Source: Pseudomonadota bacterium
GTDB lineage: Bacteria; Pseudomonadota; Gammaproteobacteria; Steroidobacterales; MnTg04
Length of the DNA: 64,000 nucleotides
Assembly (NCBI GenBank): GCA_022572885.1
Contig: JACZVC010000016.1
Span: forward strand, 2,646 to 66,645
Direction: 5' to 3'
The position numbers and the translations under genes are program-made. The notes beneath the pieces were generated by a model, which did not search any database, was not told the origin of the DNA, and saw only the letters and a program-made list of their open reading frames with translations. Positions 25,401 through 36,374 of this stretch are shown here, piece by piece. The stretch's first letter is position 1, and every line of letters starts with the position of its first letter.

Positions 25401-25965
25401 ACAGTTGCACCGCTTGTTGCAAATAATCTTCTTCGCCCGGGCGACCCGTCCGGGTAATCTCAAGATAAAATCGGTCACCGAAAACTGTCCGCCATTCCGC
25501 CAGGCGCCTGTCCGCCAGATCGGTGTGACCCGCCAGCAAGGCCCTGCCGATATCGCCCTCGACGCCTCCCGAAAGGGCAATCAGGCCAGCGCAGTTTTCG
25601 CTGCTCAGCCAATCCGGGTCCAGCATCGGCACGCCCCGGTACTGGCCTTCCAGATAACTGCGGCTTACCAGGCGCGACAGGTTCCGATAACCAAGCTGGT
25701 TCTGACACAACAGCGTCAGGCGGCTGGGACGGGCCGGTTGGTCGATATCGCGCAGCAAGACATCGGCGCCGATGATGGGTTTGATCCCGCGGGCGAGCGC
25801 GGCCCGGTAGAACTTCACCATTGCAAAAAGGTTGCACTGGTCGGTCAGCGCGACAGCCGGCATACCCATCTCCGCCACCGCGGCCATCAGCGGTTTCACC
25901 CGCACGACGCTGTCGGACAAAGAATATTCGGTATGCAAATGCAAGTGTACGAAACTGGCGCTCAT
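22459..25965 (-). CDS. dnaE: DNA polymerase III subunit alpha
   Basis: 1168 aa. The PHP domain starts FVHLHLHTEYSLSDS. Polymerase core motifs (FLIVADFIRW, PDFDIDF) and a C-terminal OB region are present. Confidence 0.98.
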   Translation of the reverse strand: MSASFVHLHLHTEYSLSDSVVRVKPLMAAVAEMGMPAVALTDQCNLFAMVKFYRAALARGIKPIIGADVLLRDIDQPARPSRLTLLCQNQLGYRNLSRLVSRSYLEGQYRGVPMLDPDWLSSENCAGLIALSGGVEGDIGRALLAGHTDLADRRLAEWRTVFGDRFYLEITRTGRPGEEDYLQQAVQLSSEQCAPLLASNDVRFISASEFGAHEARVCIHDGQVLTDPGRPRRYSEQQYLRGSEEMQQLFADLPEALENGVEIAKRCNLQLKLGGSDLPDFPIPDGQSTAGYLRGASMAGLRRRLGLTESGALPDVYQQRLDHEIDVICEMGFPGYFLIVADFIRWSRENGIPVGPGRGSGAGSLVAYALQITDLDPIVHELLFERFLNPERVSMPDFDIDFCMEGRDRVIDYVAGRYGRDRVSQIITYGTLAAKAVVRDVGRVLGHPYGFVDRIAKLIPFELGITLEKALEQDDELRNLYENDDEVHNLINLARQLEGLVRNAGKHAGGVVIAPRPLTDYAPLYCEEGGANVVTQFDKDDVEACGLVKFDFLGLRTLTVIDRAVKIINGQRRESGEPPLDIDAIDLQDSATYDLLKKCRTVAVFQLESRGMKDLIKRLQPDNFGEIVALVALFRPGPLQSGMVDDFINRKHAADKTKIDYFHPDLKPILEPTYGVILYQEQVMQIAQVLAGYSLGEADLLRRAMGKKKPEEMAKQRGVFLRGAEQAGVDTELATFIFDLMEKFAGYGFNKSHSAAYAVLAYRTAWLKAHYPAAFMAAVLSTDMDNTDKVVTLIDECAAMDIEVAVPDINHSGYAFVVSGPRTIRYGLGAIKGVGRGALEGLIAERSAGGAFAGIVDLCQRVDLQKLNRRVMEALIRSGAMDSLGVGRAALLAQLPAAMKLAVQDAKASAAGQDDMFGFSGPGPQIDELPVPLIGRHQQDHPPEWSEKERLDGEFDTLGLYLTGHPITRYERDLPQLVGSRIADLGDGQPVGNGRHQYAIVRKVTVAGVVLKMGKRGNRVTLQLDDRSGRVEVTLFEEAYQEFGHLLQVKAVLLIHGGLRYDDFSNSWQISAKKIQDIDAAREQMAKKLIIEWQGQQDGQQFVHELKGTLRPYLDGHCGVWVRYTGSGAKALLALGDDWQIRPTRELLDKLDKLVGGEHLKLVYPPPL

Positions 25966-25976
25966 CAGGTCTATTT

Positions 25977-26612
25977 TTACAGGCTGGCCACGGCATTGTC
26001 ATTGTCAGTATCTGTTTTTTTCGCCACTACGACACTGCGCACGGGTGCAAACGAAACCCTGTGCAAGGGACAGGCGCCGTGGCGTATCAGAGCTTGCCGA
26101 TGCTCGGCGGTCGGGTAGCCCTTGTGGCGGGCGAAATTGTATTGCGGGTAAATCTGGTGCAGGCGCGTCATAAAGCCATCGCGCGCGACTTTGGCCAGGA
26201 TCGACGCAGCACTGATGGCCGGGACCCGGCCATCACCGCCGACCAGCGCCTCGCTGCTGCAATCGAGTCCGGTGCCCGCGAATTCCGGACAACGATTGCC
26301 ATCGATCTGCAGGTGAACCGGCCGGATATGCAAACCGAGCGTCGCCCGGCGCATCGCCAGCAGGGTCGCCCGCAGAATATTCAACTGGTCGATTTCCTCC
26401 GGGTCTGCCCAGGCGATCGCGTAACTCAGTGCGCACTTTTTGATTTCCATCGCCAGCACGGTTCGCTGCCTGGCCGACAATTTCTTGGAATCCCTCAATC
26501 CCGCGATCGGCCGCGCTGGATTCAGCACTACCGCCGCGGCAACCACCGGGCCTGCCAGTGGCCCGCGGCCTGCCTCGTCGATGCCCGCGACCAGCATCGG
26601 CATACTACTCAT
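25977..26612 (-). CDS. rnhB: Ribonuclease HII
   Basis: The [17 protein letters not shown] active-site motif and DSKKLS are present. The start overlaps the lpxB end. Confidence 0.95.
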   Translation of the reverse strand: MSSMPMLVAGIDEAGRGPLAGPVVAAAVVLNPARPIAGLRDSKKLSARQRTVLAMEIKKCALSYAIAWADPEEIDQLNILRATLLAMRRATLGLHIRPVHLQIDGNRCPEFAGTGLDCSSEALVGGDGRVPAISAASILAKVARDGFMTRLHQIYPQYNFARHKGYPTAEHRQALIRHGACPLHRVSFAPVRSVVVAKKTDTDNDNAVASL

Positions 26613-27774
26613 CGATGCGTCCCGCCGCGAGATCCAGGATCGCGGCCGCGGCGCGCTCCGCCGCGTTGCGTCTCAACATCCGCTGTATTTCCCGAAACCG
26701 GCCATCCAGATATTGCCGGCGCCCGGCATCGTCCAGTTCACGCAGTATGGCCTGGCCAAGCGCCTCCGCGCTGATGTCGTTTTGTAAAATTTCGGGCACC
26801 AGGTCCTCGCCGGCAATCAGGTTTGGCAGGGCAAACCTGTCGGTCGTCAGCAAGCCCGGCCATTTCAACAGCAACCGGCTCGCCGGCGCCAACCGGTAGG
26901 TCACGACCATCGGCCGGCCTATCAACGCGGCCTCGAGGGTCGCAGTTCCCGATGCCACGAGGAGTACATCGGCCGCAATCATGACCTCATGCGATCGCCC
27001 CCGGATCATATGAATTTCGATCGGCGGCGCAATACGCCGGATCGCTTCGCGAAAAATCTTTTCGCATTCCGCGGTTGCCATCGCGGCGACAAAACGCATG
27101 GCCGGCCGGCGGTCCCGCAGCCAGGCTATGGTTTCGGCAAAATCATTCGCCAGCCTGGTTACCTCGCCATTGCGACTGCCCGGAAGCAGCGCGAGCCACT
27201 CGCCATCATCGGCCAGCCCGAGTTGTCGCCTGGCCGTGGAAGTATCCGGCTGTTGGGTTATCCGCTCGGCCAGGGGATGCCCCACAAACACCGCGCGAAT
27301 ATTGTGGTCGTCGTAGAACTGCTTTTCGAATGGCAACAGGCAAAGCACCAGGTCGGCGCTGCGCGCGATTTTTTTGACCCGCCCGCTGCGCCATGCCCAG
27401 ACCGACGGGCTGACATAATGGACCGTCGGGATACCCAGTCGGCGTAACCGGGATTCCAGGCCAATATTAAAATCCGGTGCGTCGATACCGACGAAGACAT
27501 CCGGCCGCCAGGCTGCAAACTGGCTTGCCAGATTCCGTCTGAGCCTGAGCAGCCGCGGTAAATGCGAGATCACTTCGACCAGGCCCATCACCGCCAATTC
27601 ACTCGCGTGAAACAGCGGCTGGCAACCTGCGGCTATCATTTCCTCGCCGGCCACGCCGATGGCATGGATGCGGGGTGCCCGGATGCGCATTGCCTGCAGC
27701 AAGCTGCCCCCGATCATATCGCCGGATGCTTCGCCGGCGACAAGGCCAACTTTTACGCCGGGCTCGTGCGCCAT
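26605..27774 (-). CDS. lpxB: Lipid-A-disaccharide synthase
   Basis: ~389 aa with an N-terminal [10 protein letters not shown]. It sits in lpxA-lpxB-rnhB order. The start is ATG 27774 or the adjacent TTG 27777. Confidence 0.95.
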   Translation of the reverse strand: MAHEPGVKVGLVAGEASGDMIGGSLLQAMRIRAPRIHAIGVAGEEMIAAGCQPLFHASELAVMGLVEVISHLPRLLRLRRNLASQFAAWRPDVFVGIDAPDFNIGLESRLRRLGIPTVHYVSPSVWAWRSGRVKKIARSADLVLCLLPFEKQFYDDHNIRAVFVGHPLAERITQQPDTSTARRQLGLADDGEWLALLPGSRNGEVTRLANDFAETIAWLRDRRPAMRFVAAMATAECEKIFREAIRRIAPPIEIHMIRGRSHEVMIAADVLLVASGTATLEAALIGRPMVVTYRLAPASRLLLKWPGLLTTDRFALPNLIAGEDLVPEILQNDISAEALGQAILRELDDAGRRQYLDGRFREIQRMLRRNAAERAAAAILDLAAGRIDE

Positions 27775-27788
27775 CAACGCCTCCGGTA

Positions 27789-28559
27789 TCAGCGCGCGAT
27801 GCCGCGCGTACTGGATTTCAGGGACTCGACCAACGGCAACAGAACCGGCTGTTCGCCCAGTCGCTGCTCGAGTTCGGCGATCGCGTCTGCAAGTTTCAAT
27901 CCCTCACGATATATCAGCCGATACGCTGCCTGAAGTTGACGCAGCTGATCGCGGTCGAAACCACGCCGCTTGAGCCCTTCCTTGTTGATGCCTCTCGGTT
28001 GCACCGGATTGCCGGATACGATGAGGTACGCCGGGATATCCCGGGCGACCACGCTGTACATCGCCATGAAACTGTGTTCGCCGATATGGCAGAACTGATG
28101 TACCCCGGAGAAACCGCCAAAAATCGCGTGGTCGCCAACCAGCACATGACCGCCCAGGGTCGTACAATTGGCAAAAATCGTATGGTCGCCAATGACACAG
28201 TCATGCGCAATATGCACATAAGCCATCAGCCAGTTGCCATTGCCGATTCGGGTCAGGCCCTGTTGCTGCGCCGTGCCCCGGCTGATCGTGCAGAACTCGC
28301 GAATGGTGTTGCCATCGCCTATTTCCAGCCGCGTCGCCTCACCGCCATACTTTTTGTCCTGCGGGGCCTCGCCTATGGACGAGAACTGGTAGATCCGGTT
28401 GTTGCTGCCGATCCGGGTTTCACCTTTGATGACCGTATGCGGCCCAATCGTCGTGCCATTACCAATTTCGACATCGCCCTCGATAATCGCATATGGACCC
28501 ACCTCGACATCGTCCGCAAGGCGGGCCGACGACGAGACGATTGCGGTTTCGTGAATCAC
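27789..28559 (-). CDS. lpxA: Acyl-ACP--UDP-N-acetylglucosamine O-acyltransferase
   Basis: Left-handed beta-helix hexapeptide repeats are present. (V)IHETAIVSSSARL resembles the usual MIHPTAIV start. GTG 28559 lies just after the fabZ stop, and the ORF track start at 28583 overlaps fabZ. Confidence 0.94.
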   Translation of the reverse strand: MIHETAIVSSSARLADDVEVGPYAIIEGDVEIGNGTTIGPHTVIKGETRIGSNNRIYQFSSIGEAPQDKKYGGEATRLEIGDGNTIREFCTISRGTAQQQGLTRIGNGNWLMAYVHIAHDCVIGDHTIFANCTTLGGHVLVGDHAIFGGFSGVHQFCHIGEHSFMAMYSVVARDIPAYLIVSGNPVQPRGINKEGLKRRGFDRDQLRQLQAAYRLIYREGLKLADAIAELEQRLGEQPVLLPLVESLKSSTRGIAR

Positions 28560-28561
28560 TC

Positions 28562-29014
28562 TCAAACGCCTCCGGGCGCACACATCAACTCGGCGCTGGC
28601 CACCACTTTCCCATCGACCTCGGCGCGCGCCGAAAATTTCCAGATGGTGCGTATTTTTCGAATCAGTTCAACTTTCAAAATGAGTTGATCGCCAGGTTCG
28701 ACCGGTCGGCGAAAACGCGCCTTATCGATACCGACGAAATAGAAAATATTGTCTTCCGCGGGGGTGACGTTTGCGGTGACAAATGCCAGTAATCCGCATA
28801 CCTGGGCCAGCGCCTCGATAACCATTACGCCCGGCATCACCGGCTTTATCGGGAAATGCCCCTGAAAATACGGCTCGTTCACGGTCACGTTCTTATAAGC
28901 CACGATGTTTTGGCCAGGCTCGCAACTGATCACCCGATCGACCAGCAAAAACGGGTACCGGTGCGGCAGATAGCGCATGATTTTTTCGATGTCCATTTGA
29001 TACTCGTTACTCAT
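28562..29014 (-). CDS. fabZ: 3-hydroxyacyl-ACP dehydratase FabZ
   Basis: 150 aa with [13 protein letters not shown] and [19 protein letters not shown]. Confidence 0.97.
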   Translation of the reverse strand: MSNEYQMDIEKIMRYLPHRYPFLLVDRVISCEPGQNIVAYKNVTVNEPYFQGHFPIKPVMPGVMVIEALAQVCGLLAFVTANVTPAEDNIFYFVGIDKARFRRPVEPGDQLILKVELIRKIRTIWKFSARAEVDGKVVASAELMCAPGGV

Positions 29015-30069
29015 TAGCTTTCGTCCTTTTCGCGTGCGCTGTTCGCAGTCTCATTTTTAGCAAGCTTTTCTTCCAGAACCCGCACTTTTTTCGCCAATTC
29101 ATCCAGATGGCGCAGGCGTACCGCATTCCGGCGCCACCGGGCTGCCTGATCCACCGGCATCGATCCGGAATAAACCCCGGCTTGGCTGAGCGAGTGGCTG
29201 ACAAAAGTAAACGCGGTAACGACCACGTCGTCGCCCAGCTCGATATGACCAACGATGCCCGCGGCACCGCCGATCATGCATCGTTTGCCAATCGTTACAC
29301 TGCCCGCAATCGCAACGCAGCCAGCGATCACCGTATGTTCTCCGATCCTGACATTGTGGCCAACCTGCACCTGGTTATCGAGCTTGACGCCGTTGCCGAT
29401 GACTGTGTCTTCGATCGCGCCGCGATCGATCGTGGTGTTGGCGCCTACGTCTACATCGTCGCCAAGTCGCACGCCGCCAAGCTGGGGCACCTTGATCCAG
29501 CGATCATCGTCCCTGGCAATGCCGAAGCCATCGGCGCCGAGAACCGCGCCCGCATGAATCACCACCCGGGCGCCGATCCTTGTATCCGCGCAAAGGGTGA
29601 CATTGGCGGTCAGACGCGCGTTCGCGCCGAGTTCGCAGCGGTCACCAATGACGCATCCCGGGCCGATAAAAACACCCTGGGCGAGCCTGACGCCGGAGCC
29701 AATGCAAACGTTTGCGGAAATACGGACACCCGAGGCTATTTCTGCGTCTTCGCCAACCACCGCACTGGCATGAACGCCTGGCGGCGCTTCGCTCGACGGA
29801 TTCAAATCCGCCGCGACGCGGGCGTACAATGCATAAGGATTGTCGGTAATCAGGCAACTGACCGGGCACTGTGCAGCATCTTCCGGCGCCAGGATGACAG
29901 CCGCGGCGTGCGTGGCGGCCAATTGTTTGCGGTACGCGGGATTGGCCAGAAAACTGATCGCCTCGCCAGCGGCGTTGAGCAAGGTGCCAACCCGGCTGAT
30001 GCGCACATCCGGATCACCTTCCACGGTGCATCCGTATCTGACCGCGAGCTCCCCCAGCGTCGTGGTCAT
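29014..30069 (-). CDS. lpxD: UDP-3-O-acylglucosamine N-acyltransferase
   Basis: 351 aa. An N-terminal LpxD domain is followed by many hexapeptide repeats. It sits in skp-lpxD-fabZ-lpxA order. Confidence 0.95.
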   Translation of the reverse strand: MTTTLGELAVRYGCTVEGDPDVRISRVGTLLNAAGEAISFLANPAYRKQLAATHAAAVILAPEDAAQCPVSCLITDNPYALYARVAADLNPSSEAPPGVHASAVVGEDAEIASGVRISANVCIGSGVRLAQGVFIGPGCVIGDRCELGANARLTANVTLCADTRIGARVVIHAGAVLGADGFGIARDDDRWIKVPQLGGVRLGDDVDVGANTTIDRGAIEDTVIGNGVKLDNQVQVGHNVRIGEHTVIAGCVAIAGSVTIGKRCMIGGAAGIVGHIELGDDVVVTAFTFVSHSLSQAGVYSGSMPVDQAARWRRNAVRLRHLDELAKKVRVLEEKLAKNETANSAREKDES

Positions 30070-30082
30070 CCCGACATATGCC

Positions 30083-30622
30083 TTATTGTCCCGTATCGGA
30101 TGCCTGGAAGGCAGCTTCCAGCGCAGCCAGGACGGCTTCGGTGATGTCTATCGCCTCGCTGACAAACAGAATGCCCGGCTCGCCGACGATCAGGTCGTAG
30201 TTACGTTCACGGGCGTGCGCCTGCACCTGTTCGACCAGGGTTCGCTGCAGGATCGTCAGCTCTTCGTTCTGCCGAAGATTGAAATCCTCCAGAAACTCAT
30301 CCTGCCGTCTTTTGAGATCACGGCCGCCCTGGTTGAGGTCGCGCTCGAGGTTCCTGCGCTCCTGCTCGCCCATCAGCGCGCCATCGCGCTCCAGCCGCTG
30401 CGCCAACCCCTGCAAGGTCTGCTGTTCTGCGAGTATCTGACGTTCGCGCGGCGCAAACTCATCCTGCAACTGCTGGCGAATCCGATTGGCCTGCGGAGCT
30501 TGCTGCAAAAGCCTGGGCAAATTGACAAAACCGATTTTTGTTTCCTGCGCCAAAGCGGGGAAGGACAAAAACAGAGATGCCAGCAGCAACGCACTCCATC
30601 GATAAATCACGTGTTTTTTCAT
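30083..30622 (-). CDS. skp: Periplasmic chaperone Skp (OmpH)
   Basis: It has a signal peptide (MKKHVIYRWSALLLASLFLSFPALAQE) and then a Q/E/R-rich coiled-coil body. It is immediately downstream of bamA. The start is ATG 30622. Confidence 0.9.
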   Translation of the reverse strand: MKKHVIYRWSALLLASLFLSFPALAQETKIGFVNLPRLLQQAPQANRIRQQLQDEFAPRERQILAEQQTLQGLAQRLERDGALMGEQERRNLERDLNQGGRDLKRRQDEFLEDFNLRQNEELTILQRTLVEQVQAHARERNYDLIVGEPGILFVSEAIDITEAVLAALEAAFQASDTGQ

Positions 30623-30632
30623 TAATACACCT

Positions 30633-33014
30633 TTAAAAAGCAGAACCAATAGAAAATTGCAGTCGTTCGGTCTCGTCGCCATAAAAACGAAGTGTTGCCT
30701 TTTCCGAATTCAGCGGGATCGCGTAACTGAACTTGAAAAGGCCAATCGGAGCCAGCCACTCGACTGCCAGACCCGCAGAGTGCTTCAATCGGTTGGCATC
30801 CCATTCATACTTGATTGGGTCGCCAAGCTTGTCTACAAAACTCACATCGCCGGTAGAGAATACATTACCAATGTCATAGAAAACACTCAGCCTTGCGGAT
30901 CCCTTGATGGCCTCGGGGACCGGGACCAACAATTCGAACTGGGTCGCGACCTTCAGATTGCCGCCATAAGGACGGCCAAAAGTGTCCTTTGGTCCGAGCC
31001 TGTTCTCCTTGTAGCCACGAACGGTGTTCGGACCGCCGGCGAAGAAATTCCGGAAAGGCGGAATAGACGTCGTATCGCCAATCGCCTCACCAAGCCCGAC
31101 ATCCGCACTGATGCTGAATACCCACTCCCCCGAAATCGGAAAATATTTCTGGAAATCGTAATTTAAAAACCAGTACTCGACATCGCTTTGCGGCAAGGTA
31201 TAACTGACCGTTACCCGACTACGCGACCCGCGATCGGCAAACAGAAAACGGTTGCGCGAGTCGTATGTCCAGCCAAGCAGAATCTCAAAGGTTTTGAATG
31301 CCGTTTTGGAGAAAATAATGCCGTTGATGATTTCGACCGAAGAATCGCCATTGTTCTGCACCCATTCCTGGGACTGCAGGGTCTGAAAGCTGTTTGATGA
31401 CAATTCCGAATCGCTGGCTGAAAAGCCGAATCTGAATCGCTGGAACTCGCTGATCGGGATTCCATAATCGATCGAGGCATTGGTCGTCAGGGTGCTAAAA
31501 TCGGAAGCGCCGGAGGTAAACTGACTGAAATCCCGCAGTCCAACGGCAAGGGTTCGGCTGATCCCGTCCGGCGTTGCATACGGATTCGTGTGGGAAATAC
31601 TGTAAATCTTGCTGAATCTCCCGGATGACAGATCCATGGCAATCCGATTACCGGTCCCCATGAAATTCGTATGCACGAAATTTCCGTTGAGGATCAGCCC
31701 CTGGGCGTCGGAAAAACCGACCCCGCCACCGAACGATCCGGGCAAGCCTTCCTTGATCGTGTATTCGACATCCACCATGTCGGTAACTCCCGGCACCGGG
31801 ATGGTTTCCATTTCGACGCTCTCGACGAAAGGCAGCCTCTGGAGGCGCTGCTTGGACCGCTCTACGCCCGAGCTCGACAACCATGCCTGCTCCATCTGCC
31901 TCATCTCGCGACGAAATACATAGTCGTCGGTGGAGTGAGTGCCGGCGAATTTGATTTTCCTGACATAGACTCTGTTGCCAGGCTCCACATAAAAGGTCAG
32001 GCTGACCGTATTGTCATCCTCGTTGATATCGGGAATGACGTCGATGATAGCCAGCGAATAACCGCGTTCACCCAGCGCATAGGCCATCATTTCCGTGCTT
32101 TGGGTAATCCGCCTTTGTGAGTACGTGTCCCCGTCCTGCAAAAAGATCAGCTGCCGCAGCACGTCGGGCTCCAGGATAGTCTTGCCAGCCAGCTCGACAC
32201 CGGACACTTTGTAAAGGTCTCCTTCATCGATGTTGATCGTCAAAAAAATATCGTTGCGATCCGGCGAAATCGCAACCTGCGTCGAACGGACTTCGAATTT
32301 GACATGGCCGCGATCCAGATAAAATGAACTCAGCGCCTCCAGATCCCCGAGCAATGTTTCCTTCGAGTACCGGCAATCGCTCTTGATGAAACAGGTCAGG
32401 TGCGGTTGCCGCAAAGACATCTCCTTGCGCAATTCCTTATCTGAATATTCATTGTTGCCGACGATATTGATCTGGCGAATCGTCGCCCGTTCGCCTTCGA
32501 CGATGGTGATATCGATTTGCACCCGGTTCTTGCCGACCGTGGAAACCTCTGTAGTCACCGTCGCGCTGTATTTGCCCTGGCTGAAATACTGCTCGGTAAT
32601 CGCATCGGTAACGCCTTCGAGTACCGACCGATCGAAGGTCTTGCCCTCCGCCAGGCCAATCCGGCGCAACTCGGCTTCCAAGTCCTCGGTCTTGATGCTC
32701 TTGTTGCCGGAGATACTGAAACTTTCTATAGATGGCCTTTCCAGGACTACGATCAGCAACACGCCGTCATCGATCCTGAGCTCAACATCATCAAAAAACT
32801 TGGTTTCGTACAATGCACGGATCGCTTCCCGCACCCGCTGCTGATCGATGACGTCACCGACATTGATCGGCAGGTAATTAAATACCGTGCCATCGGTTAT
32901 GCGCTGGTTGCCTTCAACCCGCATGTCACGCACCAGGAAACCATCCTCTTCGGCGCCAGCCAGGCCAGTCAGAAAAATAGCCAGCGCCAAGAACATCCAT
33001 ATTCTTCTAATCAT
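30633..33014 (-). CDS. bamA: Outer membrane protein assembly factor BamA
   Basis: 793 aa with a signal peptide, POTRA repeats (VRDMRVEGNQRITDGTV...) and a C-terminal barrel ending RLQFSIGSAF. Confidence 0.97.
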   Translation of the reverse strand: MIRRIWMFLALAIFLTGLAGAEEDGFLVRDMRVEGNQRITDGTVFNYLPINVGDVIDQQRVREAIRALYETKFFDDVELRIDDGVLLIVVLERPSIESFSISGNKSIKTEDLEAELRRIGLAEGKTFDRSVLEGVTDAITEQYFSQGKYSATVTTEVSTVGKNRVQIDITIVEGERATIRQINIVGNNEYSDKELRKEMSLRQPHLTCFIKSDCRYSKETLLGDLEALSSFYLDRGHVKFEVRSTQVAISPDRNDIFLTINIDEGDLYKVSGVELAGKTILEPDVLRQLIFLQDGDTYSQRRITQSTEMMAYALGERGYSLAIIDVIPDINEDDNTVSLTFYVEPGNRVYVRKIKFAGTHSTDDYVFRREMRQMEQAWLSSSGVERSKQRLQRLPFVESVEMETIPVPGVTDMVDVEYTIKEGLPGSFGGGVGFSDAQGLILNGNFVHTNFMGTGNRIAMDLSSGRFSKIYSISHTNPYATPDGISRTLAVGLRDFSQFTSGASDFSTLTTNASIDYGIPISEFQRFRFGFSASDSELSSNSFQTLQSQEWVQNNGDSSVEIINGIIFSKTAFKTFEILLGWTYDSRNRFLFADRGSRSRVTVSYTLPQSDVEYWFLNYDFQKYFPISGEWVFSISADVGLGEAIGDTTSIPPFRNFFAGGPNTVRGYKENRLGPKDTFGRPYGGNLKVATQFELLVPVPEAIKGSARLSVFYDIGNVFSTGDVSFVDKLGDPIKYEWDANRLKHSAGLAVEWLAPIGLFKFSYAIPLNSEKATLRFYGDETERLQFSIGSAF

Positions 33015-33028
33015 ACTGACGGCAGCCC

Positions 33029-34396
33029 TCAGCCAAACAGCCGGTTGAAATCGTTATAGAAAGCAAGACCCATTATCATGATCAGCATTGCAATGCCGAG
33101 TTGCTGTCCGAGCAACTGGACTTTTTCAGACAGCGGCTTCCCCCTGATGCCTTCCGCCGCGACATAAACCATCTGACCGCCATCAAGAAGCGGAATCGGC
33201 AACAGGTTGACAATGCCGAGACTGATACTGAGTATCGCAAGCAGGCCGAGAAATTCTTCCAGACCAAGTGTGGCCGCGGCGCCGGCGTAGACGGCAATGC
33301 TGATCGGGCCAGAAATATTTTTCGCGGAAATCTGGCCGCTTATCATGCGCCCGACCAACCGCAGCGTCAGTATCGAAGTGTCCCACGTTCTCACCATGCC
33401 ATGGCCCAGCGCGCTGAAAACCGAATAACGCTCAACCATGCGCAGGTCGGCGTAAAGGTCTCCCGGCGGCACCCGAACCGAAGCGCCGATGCGCCCGATA
33501 ACGCCCTGCTCCGTTTCAACACGAGCGATGGTCATCGGCATCGTCAGGCGCCGGCCATCGCGCTCTATTTGCATGCTGATGTCCGCGCCTGGCCGCGCCC
33601 GGATAAACTCCACCCAGCTACGCCAGTCATCGATTCGCACGGCATCGGCAGATATCACGAGATCACCGGTTTTCAGTCCCGCCTGGTCCGCCGCCCCGCC
33701 GGGCGTAATCTCGTCGAGCAACGGCGGGATCAGCGGGAACCAGCGATTAAATCCCAGACCGCTGAACAGCAAGGATGGATCGCTGAGCTCGTTTTCGCGC
33801 CCGCGCACATCGATAGTCAGGCTTCGCTGATAGCCATCCGCACCGATGACGCTGATCGGGAGGTCACCCGAATCCAGCAACACCTCGATCAGGCTGAGCG
33901 GTACCTGCGCCCAGGACTTAATCTCCTGATCGCCGATCGATGTAATAATATCCCCTCTTTCCATGCCCGCCGTCGCGGCAGGCGAGTCCACGGCGATATC
34001 CCCGACCATCGGTTTAAGACCGCTGATGCCGATCACAAAAAGCAACCAGTAAATGAGCACGGCAAAAAGAAAATTGAACGCCGGCCCCGCGGACAATACC
34101 ACCAGCCGGCTGGCGACAGGCTTGCGGTTATAAGCGCGATGCAAGTCTGCCGGCGCCACCGGGCCTTCCCTCTCGTCCAGCATCTTGACATAGCCGCCCA
34201 GCGGAATAGCCGAGATCATGAACTCCACGTCATCGCGCCCTTTGTATACCCACAGTGGCCGGCCAAAGCCGATCGAGAATCTGAGTACCTTGAAACCCAG
34301 TTTTCTGGCGACCCAGAAATGCCCGAACTCATGTACCGCAACCAGCACCGAGATCGCCGCGACAAAAGCTACAATAGTGATTAGCAACTGGGTCAT
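33029..34396 (-). CDS. rseP: Sigma-E protease regulator RseP (site-2 zinc metalloprotease)
   Basis: 455 aa with the HEFGHF zinc motif at the N-terminus, PDZ segments and a C-terminal [12 protein letters not shown]. Confidence 0.96.
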   Translation of the reverse strand: MTQLLITIVAFVAAISVLVAVHEFGHFWVARKLGFKVLRFSIGFGRPLWVYKGRDDVEFMISAIPLGGYVKMLDEREGPVAPADLHRAYNRKPVASRLVVLSAGPAFNFLFAVLIYWLLFVIGISGLKPMVGDIAVDSPAATAGMERGDIITSIGDQEIKSWAQVPLSLIEVLLDSGDLPISVIGADGYQRSLTIDVRGRENELSDPSLLFSGLGFNRWFPLIPPLLDEITPGGAADQAGLKTGDLVISADAVRIDDWRSWVEFIRARPGADISMQIERDGRRLTMPMTIARVETEQGVIGRIGASVRVPPGDLYADLRMVERYSVFSALGHGMVRTWDTSILTLRLVGRMISGQISAKNISGPISIAVYAGAAATLGLEEFLGLLAILSISLGIVNLLPIPLLDGGQMVYVAAEGIRGKPLSEKVQLLGQQLGIAMLIMIMGLAFYNDFNRLFG

Positions 34397-35577
34397 ACCG
34401 CGATACTCACCTCATTGACTGTCCGGCCCGCTTTTTCGCGTGCCCATTGATCGGCCTTAATGACCGTCTCCAGGGATTCGACCACCCCTACGCTATGGCA
34501 TTCCATCGTATTACCGATTACCGCGGCAATTTCCGTATAGGGCAGGCGCCGGTCGAGGAACGCCTGTACCGCAATTTCATTCGCGGCATTCAACACCGCC
34601 GGGGCCGTACCGCCTCGTTCCGCAGCCGCCCTGGCGAGCGCCAGGCACGGAAAGCGATCCATGTCGGGCGCTTGAAACTCAAGCTTTGCGATTGCCACCA
34701 GGTCCAGCGCTTTCACCCCGGATTCCATACGCTCCGGCCACGCAAGAGCGTGGGCGATGGGCGTACGCATATCCGGGTTGCCCAGTTGCGCCAACACCGA
34801 ACCATCGCGATATTCGACCAGCGAATGCACGATGCTCTGCGGGTGGATCAGAATTTCAATGTCATCCGGCGACATTGCGAACAAATGGCTGGCCTCGATC
34901 AGCTCAAGACCCTTGTTCATCATCGTCGCCGAATCGACCGAAATTTTATCCCCCATGTCCCAGTTCGGGTGTGCGCAAGCCTGTTCCGGCGTCACTTTTT
35001 CGAGCTCACAAACCGGCGTATTCAAAAACGGACCACCCGATGCTGTCAACCATAATTTTCGAACCCCGTGTTTCGAGCGCCGGCCGCCGGGATCGGGCAG
35101 ACACTGGAAAATCGCGTTGTGCTCGCTGTCGATCGGGATCAAGGTTGCGCCGTTGTCTGCTACGGCCTCCATCAATAAATGCCCGGCGAGGACCAGCGAT
35201 TCTTTGTTGGCAAGCAACACCCGCTTGCCGGTCTGTGCAGCGGCCAGGGTCGGCAGCAACCCGGCGGCGCCGACAATCGCGGCCATGACAAAATCGGCCT
35301 GCGGAATCCTGGCCGCTTCGACCAATGCATCGGCGCCGGCGAGCAGCGCTGTTTTCAGGCCAGCTTGTTGCAGTCCTTCCCGAAGAACATCGGCCGCCCC
35401 GTTATCCGTCATTACCGCCAGCTCCGGCTCAAAACGGAGGCACTGTTGCAACAGGCGCTGGTGATTGCTCCTGGCAGTCAGCGCAACCACACGAAATGCA
35501 TCGGGGTTGCGGGCGATCACGTCCAGCGTGCTGCAACCGACGCTCCCGGTCGACCCCAGGATACTGACGCCTTTCAT
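34393..35577 (-). CDS. dxr: 1-deoxy-D-xylulose 5-phosphate reductoisomerase
   Basis: [14 protein letters not shown] is the NADPH-binding start, and LANKESLV and NAANE are present. ATG 35577 overlaps the cdsA stop (ATGA). Confidence 0.96.
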   Translation of the reverse strand: MKGVSILGSTGSVGCSTLDVIARNPDAFRVVALTARSNHQRLLQQCLRFEPELAVMTDNGAADVLREGLQQAGLKTALLAGADALVEAARIPQADFVMAAIVGAAGLLPTLAAAQTGKRVLLANKESLVLAGHLLMEAVADNGATLIPIDSEHNAIFQCLPDPGGRRSKHGVRKLWLTASGGPFLNTPVCELEKVTPEQACAHPNWDMGDKISVDSATMMNKGLELIEASHLFAMSPDDIEILIHPQSIVHSLVEYRDGSVLAQLGNPDMRTPIAHALAWPERMESGVKALDLVAIAKLEFQAPDMDRFPCLALARAAAERGGTAPAVLNAANEIAVQAFLDRRLPYTEIAAVIGNTMECHSVGVVESLETVIKADQWAREKAGRTVNEVSIAV

Positions 35578-36374
35578 CAGACCAGTCCCTGCCAGCTCAG
35601 CCCCAGTACAAACACCGGGGCCGCCGCGCAAATACTGTCGATGCGATCGAGCATGCCGCCGTGACCCGGGAAAATTCGTCCACTGTCTTTCAGGCCATTA
35701 TGTCTTTTGAAAATACTGACGATCAGATCCCCGACCACAGAAATCGCCGACACGGCGACACACAAGGAAACGAAACTCAGCGGGTCTTGTTGGAAATACA
35801 TTGCGCCGGCAAAGCCAACGATTGCGGCCAGCACAATGGCACCGATCACGCCTTCCCAGGTTTTCCCCGGGCTGACCCTGGGTATCAGTTTGATTTTGCC
35901 AAACAGTTTACCCACGGCAAACGCGCCGATGTCGGTTGCCCAAACCAAAAGCAGCACAAAAACAACCCAGACTACGCCATCATCCGCGACCAGCAGGCGG
36001 CTCAACGCAAGCCAGGCTGGCGCCAGCACCAGGATTCCCGATAAAACGCCAACCGCCACCGGGATCGCGGTCGGATAACGCATGACCCACACAAAAGCCA
36101 CCAGCCACCAGGCCAGCGTAACCTGCAGTATCAGTTGCAACGCCCCGGGGTGAAAGCTGTAAAACCACACGGCAACCATCGACGCCAGCACCATGACGAC
36201 GTATAGCAACCGCCACGCCAAGGATTTTACGCCAAGGAACTGGCTCCATTCCCAGATGCCCAGACTTATTACCAGGGTCAGGGTAATCAATCCGGCCGGC
36301 GGCGGCAGGAGAAAAAACACGCCGGCGAGCACTGCCAGCAAGACCACGGCGGTGATGATTCTTTGCTTAAGCAT
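35577..36374 (-). CDS. cdsA: Phosphatidate cytidylyltransferase
   Basis: Multi-TM, 265 aa, with the C-terminal signature [27 protein letters not shown]. Confidence 0.95.
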   Translation of the reverse strand: MLKQRIITAVVLLAVLAGVFFLLPPPAGLITLTLVISLGIWEWSQFLGVKSLAWRLLYVVMVLASMVAVWFYSFHPGALQLILQVTLAWWLVAFVWVMRYPTAIPVAVGVLSGILVLAPAWLALSRLLVADDGVVWVVFVLLLVWATDIGAFAVGKLFGKIKLIPRVSPGKTWEGVIGAIVLAAIVGFAGAMYFQQDPLSFVSLCVAVSAISVVGDLIVSIFKRHNGLKDSGRIFPGHGGMLDRIDSICAAAPVFVLGLSWQGLV